From: Octopus vulgaris
Lineage: Eukaryota
DNA length: 64,000 bases
NCBI GenBank assembly: GCA_951406725.2
Contig: OX597823.1
Location: 11,470,001 to 11,534,000, forward strand
Direction: 5' to 3'
Shown here: positions 24,113 to 37,569 of the stretch, piece by piece
Position numbering within the stretch: position 1 is the first letter of the stretch
Layout of the letters: each line of letters begins with the position of its first letter
Notes under the pieces: model-generated
Database searches by the model: none
What the model was told of the DNA's origin: nothing
The model's input: only the letters and a program-made list of their open reading frames with translations
Position numbers and translations under genes: made by a program

Positions 24113-24490
24113 ACTATGCTTATTCTGAGCGCCTTGTTTCCCTGGGCATGGATTCACTGAAGCTCCGGCATCTGGCGACGGACTTGGTAAACACCCACAA
24201 GGTTATCAACCACCTCACCAACAACAACACTGAACACCTTTTTGATCTCCATGTGTCTAACACACGTGGACATGCCTACAAAGTCAGAAAACAGCACAGC
24301 TCCCATGACTTTCGGAAACATTTTTTCACGCTCAGGGTTGCTGAAGCGTGGAATAAACTGCCTGCATCAGTTGTTGACTGCCATGACACTGCATCCTTTA
24401 AGGCCCTCATGCTTCCCGAAATCCGTCGAAACTACACCTGATTATATATACACTTTAGATGAGTTGTAGTGCACCTGAGCACTGTACACA

Positions 24491-24533
<43 letters not shown>
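24113..24533 (+). mobile_element. CR1-like LINE 3' end with intact ORF2 C-terminus and (TTA)n tail
   Basis: YSERLVSLGMDSL...NTRGH...FF.LRV..AWNKLP...FK to stop at 24441, then a short 3'UTR and (ATT)n 24491-24533. Confidence 0.88.
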
Positions 24534-24536
<3 letters not shown>

Positions 24537-25286
24537 TGAATCTGTAATTTACGCTTGCTTTCCTTTGCTATACCAGAATAACATATATTTATAATCGAAA
24601 TTACGCTAGAGTGCTCACAGATAATCATTTCTCAATATTCTGTATGGAACATATAAAGGTGCTGTGCTGTTTATCAGAGTTTAATATTAAATGATACTGT
24701 ATATATATATCTAAGTAGAAATATATACGAATAAATTTTGTATGTCAAGTGAAAATAATTTGAAAATAATTCTTAAAGTGTAGGTGGAAATGTAATTATA
24801 GAAATAGGTTTCTTGGTCTTAAGTTTAGACAATTTTGTAAGTCTTAACCAGAAATGTCTAAGATAAATTGCAGAACACGCCTCTAACTTCACCTCTATAA
24901 ATAATAATTTTGAACTATTTGTGCTCAAAATTATCTTTGCTGGCATGAGAAAGATTGGTATAATAGTATTGTATACTACTGTGTTATTTCACTGATACTG
25001 TTGTTTTCCTGTGAGTATCATCATCTTGTGATCTGTCCTTAATACTTTCTACCTTAGCATTCCTGGCCTTCCTGTAACGTGGATAATTTCAACTGTCAGC
25101 ACTGTACATTCATTTACCCAACACCTGTCATTCGTTCACCTTCTGCATGCATCAGCCAATGCATTTAATATCCATCCATCCATCCTCCAGACTAACTTGT
25201 GCTCCACCCTTTATGCAAAGTGATATTGCACATCTAATGGATTGTATTTGATTCATTCCAACCTAGCCTCAAATGAGTTTCTGTGT

Positions 25287-25515
25287 TTAACCCTTTTGTT
25301 ACCAACCCGGCTGAAACCGGCTCTGGCTCTTTAGTACAAATGTCTGGTTTTCAGAAGTTCTGAATTAAAACCTTCCACCAAACCTTAGTCTCAATTTATG
25401 TCTCTAACTCTAGCTTAATGATAACGATGTTATTTTACTTAATTCTTTGTTATATTTAAAATAATTGGAAGAAACACTGAGCATCTCAAAATAAATTCAG
25501 TAACGAAGGGGTTAA
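25287..25515. mobile_element. TTAA MITE family E1
   Basis: TTAACCCTTTTGTTAC...GTAACGAAGGGGTTAA. Confidence 0.85.
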
Positions 25516-26055
25516 AGCCCATGTTTTTTTTTTAATTATATAGCATTAAATATCTTACACACCATTGATACTGTTTCCCTTTATGCATAGTGAGAGAAAT
25601 AAACCCCTAACAGAAACTTGTGTTGTGTCCTTGATATGTTTTGTAGGAAATAGTGAGAACCTCAGTATTGTTTACTCAATACAAGCATTATGTACACACG
25701 TGGATATCTGGCATATTGACGGGATTTCAAGTGTGTTAGATATATAAGCAGGAATTGTTATTTAACCCCTAAGTCAGCCCTTATTGAAGACATTCTTGCT
25801 GTGCCTGTCCTGTCTTTGTTTGAATTAGTTCCTTCTTTTTTAAGTTTTGAAGTCAAATTTGACTATTATTTCTAGCAAGTCATACACTTACATAGAGGCT
25901 TTTTCATTGGTTCATATAAGCAAGAATGGTAAGCAATGGAGATACCATATATTTTCTGAATTATTACCTTTGCTGAATGTAAGTGTATGTAATTTTGTTT
26001 TGAAGGAAATTTCAGGTAGAATTTTTTCTTTAGTTATATTTTATCTTTACATATA

Positions 26056-26445
26056 AGGCACAGGAGTGGCTGTGTGGTAAATAGCTTGTTTACCAACCAC
26101 ATAGTTCCGGGTTCAATCCCACTGCGTGGCACCTTGGGCAAGTGTCTTCTACTATAGCCTCGGGCCGACCAAAGCCTCGTGAGTGGATTTGGTAGGCGGA
26201 AACTGAAAGAAGCCTGTCGTATATATGTATATATATATGTATGTGTGTGTGTTTGTGTGTCTGTGTTTGTCCCCCTAGCATTGCTTGACAACCAATGCTG
26301 GTGTGTTTATGTCCCTGTCACTTAGTGGTTCGTCAAAAAGAGACCGATAGAATAAGTCCCGGGGTCGAGTTGCTCGATTAAAGGCGGTGCTCCAGCATGG
26401 CCGCAGTCAAATGACTGAAACAAGTAAAAGAGAAAGAGAAAAGAG
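26056..26445 (+). mobile_element. SINE family A, full length
   Basis: Matches family A; lacks the ~22-nt segment between the two internal GAATAAGT direct repeats. Confidence 0.9.
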
Positions 26446-26665
26446 ATAATTGGGTGATTGTAATTCATCAGCTAATTTATAGCAGCCGACTGACTGACCC
26501 CATTGATGGTCAGAATCGCGATGCTGCTGTTAATTGTCTTCTTAATTGAAGTTTTATTTACTCTCAAATTCTTTCAATCAAATTAAATATTGTTTACATA
26601 TACTGAGTTAATAGGATAATAGCTCTGTTAAGTTGTACAATATTTTGATCACTTCATGAAGGAAA

Positions 26666-27055
26666 TCTTTATATATAAAAGAGAGGTTGTGTGCTGTCTG
26701 TCTCCTACGATTTAGATTCCTAACTACTCCCACATTTTGCGGTGCAGTTTAACCAAAACCGGGTATCTTATAGCCGTGATTCATATCGAGCCCTTCTGGG
26801 TATTAGCGGGCGTCTATGATTTAAAAAAAAATTTACCATCATTTTTTTCCATTTTAATGCATTTTTTTCGCTATTATATAAGGGAAGTAACTCTCTAAAA
26901 ATGTCTACGATGAGTCAACGATTTTTAAAAGAATTTACCATCATTTTTTTCCATTTTTAATGCATTTTTTTGCTATATTTTGGCTATAACTCTCTAAAAA
27001 TGCTTATATAGTTATCTCCCTTACAAACCCGAGCAACGCCGGGCGATACTGCTAG
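26666..27055 (+). mobile_element. Non-autonomous Helitron (family F)
   Basis: A|TC 5' end, GTCT repeats near the 5' end, subterminal hairpin CCCG-AGCAACGC-CGGG, 3' CTAG|T, no TSD. Confidence 0.85.
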
Positions 27056-27477
27056 TAGTTTATATAATTATACTTTAAACTATGAATACAACAGTTGAAT
27101 GTTTCTGATGTGCTGAATATTTTTAAAATTCAGAAGGTGTATAACAATTGTTTGTTGGATGACTTCCCTACTTTGTGTCGTTTAACAGCTAGATCAGCTC
27201 TAACTTAGCAGACATGATCAGAGGTGTTCAAATTATGAGCATCTCATCTTTGTTTCAGGTATAATATATCTTGGACTTCAGTATCTTGCATACATAGCTC
27301 TCTTCTCCCCTATTTAAGCTGGAATGTAGTATAATTTGAGGGAAATTAGCTGCTATTTTTACAAGTCAAGCCACCACATCATCGATTCAACCTTTAAGTA
27401 CAGATTTCAAATGGTATTTACTGGTATCTGGGTAATCTAAAACAAAGGGATATACTTTGACTTTGAATTGTAATTAA

Positions 27478-27685
27478 TACTCTTTACTCTCTTTTACTTG
27501 TTTCAGTCATTTGACTGTGGCCATGCTGGAGCACCGCCTTTAGTCGAGCAAATCCACCCCAGGACTTATTCTTTGTAAGCCTAGTACTTACTCTATCGGT
27601 CTCTTTTGCCGAACCGCTAAGTTACAGGGACGCAAGCACACCAGCATCGGTTGTCAAGCGATGTTGCGGGGACAAACACAGACAC

Positions 27686-27739
<54 letters not shown>

Positions 27740-27896
27740 GTACGAAGGGCTTCTGTCAGTTTCCATCTACCAAATCCACTCACAAGACTTTGGTCAGCTC
27801 GAGGCTATAGTAGAAGACACTTGCCTAAGGTGCCACACAGTGGGACTGAACTTGAAACCATGTGGTTGGTAAGCAAGCTACTTACCACACAACCAC
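27478..27896 (-). mobile_element. SINE family A
   Basis: Reverse-complement match to family A. Confidence 0.88.
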
Positions 27897-28296
27897 AAAC
27901 TAAAACTAAAAGCTCATGTATTTTACTTTGAAGTGGTATATATCGTTGATAGATTACAAAAAGAGTTTTATGTGCCTTCAGTAGGGTTTCAAATTATGGT
28001 TTTTGCCAGAGAAATCTCTTGAAATTTTATGTGAGTATTTAAGTTTCGGTGTGACACGAGTACTAAAGAAGTTAATGTTGTATCTCTTCAGTCTGTAGCT
28101 GGTTGAGTGACCATGTAAAGACACTTGTTGATTTGAGATAATTTTTGTAGTGATAAATTAGTATGGATCTTAGTAAAGCACCTGAATCACTGCAACATTT
28201 CTAGATGTGTCTACACCATAAAGCTGCTTCCTCTTACTGTTATGGAATTATGAATTCCTTACTAATTCAATATGCTTTTCTTTTTTTTAATCAGTT

Positions 28297-28614
28297 TCAT
28301 CATCATCATCATCATCGTTTAGCGTCCGCTTTCCATGCTAGCATAGGTTGGACGGTTCAACTGGGGTCTGTGAAGTCAGAAGGCTGCATCAGGCCCAGTC
28401 TGATCTGGCAGTGTTTCTACGGCTGGATCCCCTTCCTAACGCCAACCACTCCGTGAGTGTAGTGGGTGCTTTTTACATGCCACCCGCACAAGTGCCAGAC
28501 GGAGCTGGCAAACGGCCACGGACGGATGGTGCTTTTTACGTGCCACTGGCACGGGGCCAGGCTAGGCTGGCAACGGCCACAAATGGATGGTGCTTTTTAT
28601 GTGCCACCGGCACG
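28297..28614 (-). mobile_element. Family C copy with tandem ~60-bp units
   Basis: Starts with (CAT)n; reverse complement of the 13554-13931 structure. Confidence 0.8.
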
Positions 28615-29788
28615 AGTTTACGCTTTGAAATAATTTTTTCCTTCTTCTTCAATGAACTGTGCTGTCATTTATCATTATCGCCATCTCCTCATATCTCTTT
28701 TGTCAATGCTAGCATGGACCGTAGGAATCTGTTTCAGCACAGAATAGCATCTCATGTGTTGCAGTCCTTCATTACTTGAGACAAACAACAGAGAAAATCA
28801 ACAATCTTTGTTATTGTGTGTCATGCTTTTTTGACATTTTTTCCTATAGTTAGTTGTTTCTCCCTTATCAGATCCCTTTTTACAGCATAGAGAGGTTATC
28901 TGCCAGGATTAAAACGTCCCCTCTAATTTGTTGCTGTTCTTCAACATAAATATCTAAATACCCTGCCGTTCAGTTGTCCATGTTGCCTTGTTTCATCATT
29001 ATATGAAATTAAAAGCCAGTTATAAATAACGGTCATAAAAAGAAACATTTTTTTTTTCACAAAAATACATAAAATCAGAAATTCTGTAAAATAAAATGTT
29101 ATTAGATGTAAAGTTTATTCATTAAATGTAGTTATTAATAAACTTTTTTTTTTAACTACATATCTCGTTATCAATTTTCATCCTGACTTGTTTGTTATTG
29201 CTGTCATTAACATCGAGTTTAAATTATATAGTTTAATAATTCTAATTTGGAACCATTAGCCTAAACCAATTTCAACAGTGTGTCAACATTATACGTTAAC
29301 AACATCAGTTCAAATAGAAGTGTTGTTAACTTATGAATATTAAATTTTATTTTATTAATTACCTTTTTTTCCTTCCTTTTTACTTATGTAAATCACTAGA
29401 ATAATAATATATATGAAATTCAGTCCTCCCTGCATATGTGTGTAAATGTAAAGTTTGCTCTGTGTATGATATATAACAAAAACTGTGTTTATATGTGCGT
29501 ATGTTATGTAAATGAGACAGATTTTGTGTAAAATTTGTTATGGAAACTGTTTATAATATTTGATAAAAAAAATATAGTACTGTTTGTGTTATATCTGAAG
29601 AAGGCTGTATAATTTGTGATGAATACTGTTTGTAATATCTAATAGAAACTGTGTTCATGTGTGTATATATGTAATGAAAACTATGTTTATGCAAAGGAAA
29701 TTGTTCAAGTGTATATGATATGTAATGAAAATGATGTGTATATAAATCTAACAAATATTATGTAAACTGTTTCCAAGTGTATATAATA

Positions 29789-30190
29789 CTAGCAGTATTG
29801 CCCTGCGTTGCTCGGGTTTGTAAGGAAATAACTATATAGGCATTTTTAGAGAGTTATAGCCAAAAATTAGCAAAAAATGCATTAAATATGGAAAAAAAAT
29901 GATGGTAAATTTTTTTTGAAATCATTGACTCATCGTAGACATTTTTAGAGAGTTACTTCCCTTATATAATAGCGAAAAAATGCATTAAAATGGAAAAAAA
30001 TGATGGTAATTTTTTTTTTTTAAATCGTAGACTCATCGTAGACGCGCGCTAATACCCAGAAGGGCTCGATATGAATCACGACTATAAGATACCCGGTTTT
30101 GGTTAAACTGCACCGCAAAATGTGGAAGTAGTTAGGAATCTAAATCGTAGGAGACAGACAGACACACAACTTCTCTTTTATATATAAAGA
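29789..30190 (-). mobile_element. Non-autonomous Helitron (family F)
   Basis: A|CTAG...GA|T on the + strand; homologous to 26666-27055. Confidence 0.85.
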
Positions 30191-31760
30191 TGTAATGAAA
30201 ATTGTGCTTGTGTTTCATATATATGTGCTACATAGTTGAAATCGTGTGTTTATGATATCAAAATGAAACTATCATTGCTGAAATAAACTGTAATACTAAT
30301 TGGAACATTACTAACAATAGTTGACCATAAAACTGATCATAAAACATCAAAGTTTACTCATCAGGCTGCCCACAGAAGTAAGATACCTTAGATCTGGATG
30401 ACATTCAAAGACCGAAATAGAAGAATATCAGTGAAAGTCCTTTACAAGATTCTGGGTTGTTACTTAGCTCCATTACATTAATAGACCTCTGATCAAAAAT
30501 ACTAAGGCATTTTTATCTGTAACCATCCCTGCTTTTCTGATTGAGTGTCTCAGACTGTACTGAACGTGTCCTTCTCTCTTGACAGAGAGAACCAAGTTAT
30601 TTGAAAGAGATTTAGCTACTGTTTCCAGCAGACTGAACAGGCATATTAAAAGCCTTCTCTGAGGAAAAATGAGTTTAAGTCATTTTGGCATCCAGTTGCA
30701 TAAACATGTGTAGCTGATATTAATCAGTTAATTTGGAAATTGGCTTCTAATTTTACCCCCAAACAATTTCTCCTTTTCAGCTTTATGCACATAGCATTTA
30801 CTTTAAATTTCCAAGGCCTTGTTTTTTAAAAGTTCTTTTGTCGGACATGAGAAACACAGTTGAAAATCTTCTGGTGTCAATGCAACTGGTCACTATCAGT
30901 CAGTGGCTACCAATACTCTGGATAAACCAGTTTGACAAAAGTATTTCTGATTCAAATCTTGTTACTCATTGTATTTGCCAAATACTGCCCAAATGGAATC
31001 AAACTACAATTACATTAATCCTGCTACGGTCAGCTTTGCCTTTCATTCTTTTGGAGTGAAAAGTAAAAAAAGTATCAATCCTGAGTAGTGGAACTGTTAG
31101 GGAATTTGATGGGATTCCTTGCAGTTTTTCTTTCGGCATTTGCATTCTGACAGCAACATCTGCAACGACAGTGATGTCAAGCTGCATTGGCCATTTAACT
31201 AGTGTATTTAGGATTTAGGTTGCATGTGTGGGCAACTGCTAGTCTTACACAAATAAACTTTTCCTGGACTGCTCATGCAAGTACAGGTATATAGTCAACA
31301 TTGTCTGATGGAGACAAAAGTTTTGATGTAACTGTCAACCTTTTTTTGTAAAGATAGTGCACATGCACACATGCATATGTGTTTAACTATACTCATGTAT
31401 ATATATATAATCATCATCAGCACCATCTAGCATCCACTCTCCTTGCTGGCGTGTGTTAGATAGATGATTTGACTGGAGCTGATAAGCTGGAGAGCTGCAC
31501 CAGGTTCCAGTCTGATTTGGTATGGTTTCTATGGCTGGATGCCCTTCCTAATGCTAACCACTCCAGGAGTGTAATGGGTGCTTTTATGTTCCACTGGCAC
31601 AGGTGCCATTTGCATGACACTGGTAATGACCATAACTATGTATATGTGGATATGTGTGTGTGTGTGTGTAGCAAGAGAGAGTGAGAAAAAGATTTGGTAA
31701 ATATTTGTGTTTAGAAATGAAGGAAAAAGTACTTATTACATGGAGTTTGTACATTTTGTT

Positions 31761-31861
31761 AGAAGCTGAAGTTTCTGAGGTCATTATTCTGAGTTTCACA
31801 TTATTAATTCAAGCCCATAATTGACAATGTGAAACTCAGTGAAATGGTTCGAAAAGCTTCT
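31761..31861 (+). ncRNA. Candidate intronic pri-miRNA hairpin
   Basis: 21-bp upper stem (31789-31809 with 31819-31839; one A.C mismatch, one U.G wobble), 9-nt loop, imperfect lower stem, UG at 31776-31777 and CNNC at 31857-31860. Confidence 0.45.
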
Positions 31862-32454
31862 TATAGATAGATAAATGGTTGATAAAAAGACAGATACTGT
31901 TTTTGCTTTCTTTTTTCATATATATATATATCTAAAGTGCTCAATGCACGTTCACAGGAGTCTCATATATGTTTAATTCCTGTTGATATATCCATACTCT
32001 GGTTTCATTTTGGTCTCCAGAAGTTTGGACATGGCAGTGTTTTAGCAAAATTTTGCTTTGCAGTTGTTGAAGCTTTCACAAATCACTTTAGTACTTTAGA
32101 ATGATATTAGAGCTTCATGATACAATCACATTAAAACATTCCAATATTTGATTTACTTCCTCTGTCAATAGCTATAATTGTTAAGTGTTTCGTAAATCAC
32201 TTTCTTAAAACAATGTTTATGCTTCTGGAAACTTAGAAATCTAACTTTATTCGGTATGCTGTTTTCTTGTGTAATAGTTCATTTACTGTATGAATCTTAA
32301 GTACGAACTTGATAAGAATTATCTAAACACAGTTTCTATCTATCCTTATTGTAGTAATGCTGTCAGTAAATAGAATACCTTAGTTGCTCAGAAACTTGAA
32401 AATGATAAGCTTTTTAGCTTAAAGTAACTAGAACTTTGGTTCCTTAGAGAAGGG

Positions 32455-32485
<31 letters not shown>

Positions 32486-35400
32486 CTATTACAAATGATA
32501 TATCTAATCCAAAATGTGTGAAAGAGATCCAGAAACTCAATATTCTGAATACTTTAGTTGCAGTGGAAACTTAGGTATTTTTTTTCTTTTCTGATTTTTA
32601 CTGGCTTATCTTTGTTTAATTTCTAATATACGACTTCCAAAGATTGGCATAACAATGCTTTTTGAAAAATTTGTGCAGTGTGGTTGTTTTATCCTTTGAA
32701 ATATATATTTCCAAAGATTGTATAATTGTATCACTTGGTATTACTTTCAGACAATCTAACATTTTATCTGTTGCAAGTATGTTTTAATGCCGAGTGAAAA
32801 AGTATTTTTTAACCTAGAAAATTTTTAGCCCTTTATATTTACAGTTTTTTCAAGAGACAATACAATAGTTGTAACATTGGTCATATGATCACTTTAGTTT
32901 TTTTTTTTTTTTTTTTTTTGTTAAAGAAAAACTATGGCTGGGGTATTGATCTTGTGTTCATTAGTTCAAATCAATGCCATGTGCTTGTGGGTAAGATGCA
33001 TTACTATTTTTGCCATAGCCTATTTGACAAACAAGTTCTACTTGGTCATGATTTAATGGTTAAAGTTAGTCTGTGTAACCTAGCCATTTGTAGAAAAAAT
33101 TGCCCCAGCAACATGCTAATGACTAAAATTGCCATTCATAAAAGACATGCTGAACACAATCATATCAGGATAAAAGGGATGAGAGGAAAAGTTTTGGATT
33201 TTGAGGAAGGTTCATAGTTACCATTTCAATGCTGAAAGTTTCACTGTAGATTTAGAAGGCTGCTCACCTCATTAATAAATATCTATTAACGTCCCATAGT
33301 TTCAGTATTTTATATATATTTTTTATTTGGGATTTCCTAATTCTTATGTTAAGATTACTAGGAAGTTTAAGAAGTTAAGTTGAAGGATTATGAAAATTAG
33401 TTATAGTGTAATTTTTTTTTAATATTTTATTTTCATTTAGTTTTATAGATTCGAGCAAATTTAAAACTGTTAATAATTATATATTGTGGAAGAGCCATGA
33501 TAGTCAAGCTAATTTATATAGTTATGTTCACTTTTGTTTTCTTTCTGATCATATTATATACTATAATGTCATCAAGTTTTCTTGTACATTTATGGCCTGG
33601 TTACTGGCACAACATAGAACGTGTTTTATCTTCTGTGATTTGTGTATTTAGGATTTCTTTGACCAGCATCCTTAAATCATGATCTCCCCAATCTGTTGTG
33701 TTTTTCTACTGAAATTCCACTTTATCAAACAAGTAATTAAAAGATTTCTCTAATTACGAACACTTCAATCAGAGTGGTTTGTGGATGTATTTGTAACATA
33801 AGACAGTGAGAGTTATAATTGAAGCAGTTGAATTCAGCTAATTCAGTAATTAAGCAAAAAAATGGGGTTGAATATTTTGTTAGATTATACTTTCTCTTCA
33901 GTTTCCTATTTTGTCTTCCACTTATATCTAATTATTTCTATTCAAACTATTAAATTAAATATATATTTTAAATTTAAAAATAGATTAGAACAAAAATAAC
34001 AGCCAATCAAATATTATAATTTAAGATATTTCAGTTATAATAATGTATTATTGAATGTTATCTGTTATCAAGTTGCTGTTGCATTATATGGTACAAATGA
34101 ATCAATGCTGAGCTGTATGTAAGGTTGTGTTATCGACTTGTGTAGGTTGTTGATGTTCTATGTGTTATAGTGGACTATTCCTATGCACATATGTATACTT
34201 ACTGCAACTATCTTTCTGGAAATGAACGGCTCAGAAGGAGTGTAAGTGAAAATTGTTTCTTAACATTATTCACTTTTTAGCTTTGTCATATTTTCTTTAG
34301 TATTTGGCCCACATTGGGATCGTTTATTTAAGTACATAATATTTTTGTTATTGATGTCTCTCTCTCTCTCACCACAACTCCCTTTCTTTCTCACACACTA
34401 TTTTTAACATTCTCTCGTTTGCACAATATTTTTACAGGTACAAGAGAACTTCAATGGAAAAAGAATAGTCCTATCAAGTTCTTTTCAAAAAATCTTGTCA
34501 ACTGTATATCAGATACAATAACTGACACTCCACATATGTTGTATGGCATTTTTCATATCTAAGTCTTTCAAAATTTAAAAAAAAACATATTAGCAAATGT
34601 TTACCTTTTAGTTTTTAATCTCAGATCATTAAAAATAAACCAAACATAAAAAAAAAACCTAACTATTTTTCTTTAATATATTGTCAGAAGCTCCTATGGA
34701 GCTGCTAAGAAACTGGATTTTTCTCATTGAATGAAATTGTAGCACTAATTTGATCCTAAAAATATCAATTATAAATAAACAAAAATAAAAATCAATAGAA
34801 ATAATTGCTTTTATTATTTCTGTCCTACATGATTAGATGGTATGAAAGAAGCAGTAAATTCAGTTAATAGAATATCAAACCAAAATTAAATTGTTAACTA
34901 GAATAGCTTCACTTTGCCACTTGGCATGTGCATTCCCAAATTTTGCCCAATTCTCTACTACTTTGAAGACACTATTTTTAAGGAAGAAATCACAGTTATC
35001 TTCTGATTGTTTGACGGCATATCTTCCAAAGATAGGTTTATGCCCTTATTTTGATCAAGACATTTTAACATCTTAGCTTTTAAACCAGCCATCTCAAGTC
35101 CAAACATTCAACTTGTTTTATATTCAAACCGACTAGATCTGGCTTTTACACACCTATCCTACGATGTCATTCTAAAAATAAACAATCACATCATTGAAAT
35201 CTCAAAGCGTTGAGATTATGCATGATTAATTTGAAACCAGGTGGATTGATAAGTATTACATTTGACAGAATAATCTAAAGGGCTAATAGAAGACATGGCA
35301 TTTTAGGAAATTTGGCTCTGTACATGCCAAGTTTCAGTGAAACTATTCTCAATTAGCCACTGAATCTTGGGTTTTTAATTCTAATAGTAAAATTCACTAC

Positions 35401-35671
35401 TTTTTCAATACTATCCCATCACATAGGATAGAAATAATAAAAGCAATTATTTCATTTTTTTTTTTTGGTGTTTATTTCATTTTTTTTTATTTGTGTGTGG
35501 TCATATTTCTAGGATTAAAATAATGCCACACCTTATTCAATTTGAAAATCTAGTTCTCTGCAGCTTGATGCTTATTTTGGCAATATACTAGACAAATAAA
35601 AAAAAAAAATTTAATGTTCAATTCATTTTTAGTAATCTATGATAAATGGTAAATATTTGTCCTCTGTTCTT

Positions 35672-35899
35672 TTAACCCTTTCGTTACCAACCCGGCTGAA
35701 ACCGGCTCTGGCTCTGAGTACAAATATCTTGTTTTCAAAAGTTTTGAATTAAAATCTTCCACCAAACCTTAGTCACAATTTATGTTCCTAACACTAGCTT
35801 AATGATAACCAAATAATTTTACTAAATTCTTTGTTATATTTAAAGTAATTGAAAGAAACACAGATCATCTCAAAATAAATACAGTAACAAAAGGGTTAA
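35672..35899. mobile_element. TTAA MITE family E1
   Basis: TTAACCCTTTCGTTAC...GTAACAAAAGGGTTAA. Confidence 0.88.
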
Positions 35900-36923
35900 C
35901 TAGTTTGAAAGATACAGTGAAGGAAGAATGCCATACAAATCTTATAATTAACAGGGTATGTGGTGTGCCTGTCATCATATCTGATATAGAGTTGACAGAT
36001 CTTTTAAAGAGGAACTAGAGATTTCTTTTTTTTTTTTTTTTTTCCAGTTGATGTTTTATATTTGTAAAAATATTCTGTGTAAGGGAAGGCTGTTAAGAAA
36101 AGGTGTATGAGAGGTGTAGTGGGGGTGAGAGACATCAGGAACAAAATTACTCCTGTGATGGACTCCCTTATCAGTTTCGATGTATGAGTGAACAGCTGTT
36201 GATCAACTGGATGAACTACTCATTGATTCAACATGCAAGGTGGATGAGTATTCCGTGGACACATTTACCCGTAACATAATTCTAGTGTGTACTTTTGAAT
36301 TGCAAACATAATCCTTCTACTACTGGTTACTGTACAATTTCCTCTTCCCAATTTCACTCACAGACTTTTTAGCCCACGTAAGGCTTTGGTAAAGACATTT
36401 GCCTAAGATGCCATACAGAATTGAACTCAGAACCTCGTGAAGTGAATCCTTTGATTACTCAGGAGTGTGCATTTAACTCGTGATAGACAACACATATAGT
36501 GTACCTGGGCTTCTCGTTTGTTTGAACACAGCTAATTTTTTCCAAAGAGAAGGATTGAGGGCAGATGATCTGAGTAGTGGCCTGGGGTGTACGTGCATGC
36601 ACACACACACACACACATACACACACACACACACAGGTACAGGGATTTTGTAGAATAGTAGAGCTCATAAGCAGCAAGACATACCTATAATCTATTCATT
36701 AAAACGTGAGAGAGAGAGAGAGGGAGGGTGAGAAAAAGAGAGAGAGGCGGGGAGAGCTTTAGTCTATTAGCCTCTGTATGAAAGTCTGTTAGAAATGTAA
36801 GAAAATGTAGATCTTACATAAGGAATATTTTATGTAAATATTTGACTGAGAAAGACTGGCAGGTGTGTTGCGATTAAATGTCAGGTAAACCTAGAGAAAG
36901 GTAGTAGTTGTAGTAGTAGTTAC

Positions 36924-37333
36924 CTTTTATCTTTTACTTGTTACAATCATTAGACTGTGGCCATGCTGGGACATGGCCTTGAATTTTTAGTCGAATGACT
37001 CAACCCCAGTACTTATTTTTTAAGCCTGGTACTTATTCTATCGGTCTCTTTTGCTGAACTGCTAAGTTACAGGGACGTAAACATACCAACACCAGTTGTC
37101 AGGCGGTGAAGGAGGGACAAACACAGACTCAAAGACACACACACATATAGATATATATATATATATATATATATACGATGTGTTTCTTTCAGTTTCTGCC
37201 TACAAAATTCACTCACAAGGCTTTGGTTGGCCCGAGGCTATAGTAGAAGACTCTTACCCGAGGTGCCAAGCAGTGGGACTGAACCCAGAACCATGTGGTT
37301 GGGAAGCAAGCTTCTTACCACGCAGCCACTCCT
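36924..37333 (-). mobile_element. SINE family A (diverged)
   Basis: Reverse-complement match to family A. Confidence 0.8.
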
Positions 37334-37344
37334 ACATGACAAAT

Positions 37345-37569
37345 ATTTATTTCTGTATTGCCCACAAGGGGCTAAACATAGAGGGGACAAACAAGGGATT
37401 AAGTCGATTACATCAACTCCAGTACATGACTGGTACTTATTTAATCGACCCTGAAAGGATGATAGGCTAAGTCGACCTCGGCGGAATATGAACACAGAAC
37501 ATAGCAGCCGACGAAATACTGTTAAGCATTTCACCCAGTGTGCTAACAATTCTGCCAGCTCACCACCTT
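37345..37569 (-). mobile_element. SINE family D, full length
   Basis: Minus-strand head AAGGTGGTGAGCTGGCAGAATTGTTAGC..., B-box-like GTTCATATTCC; body shared with 18006-18189. Confidence 0.8.
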
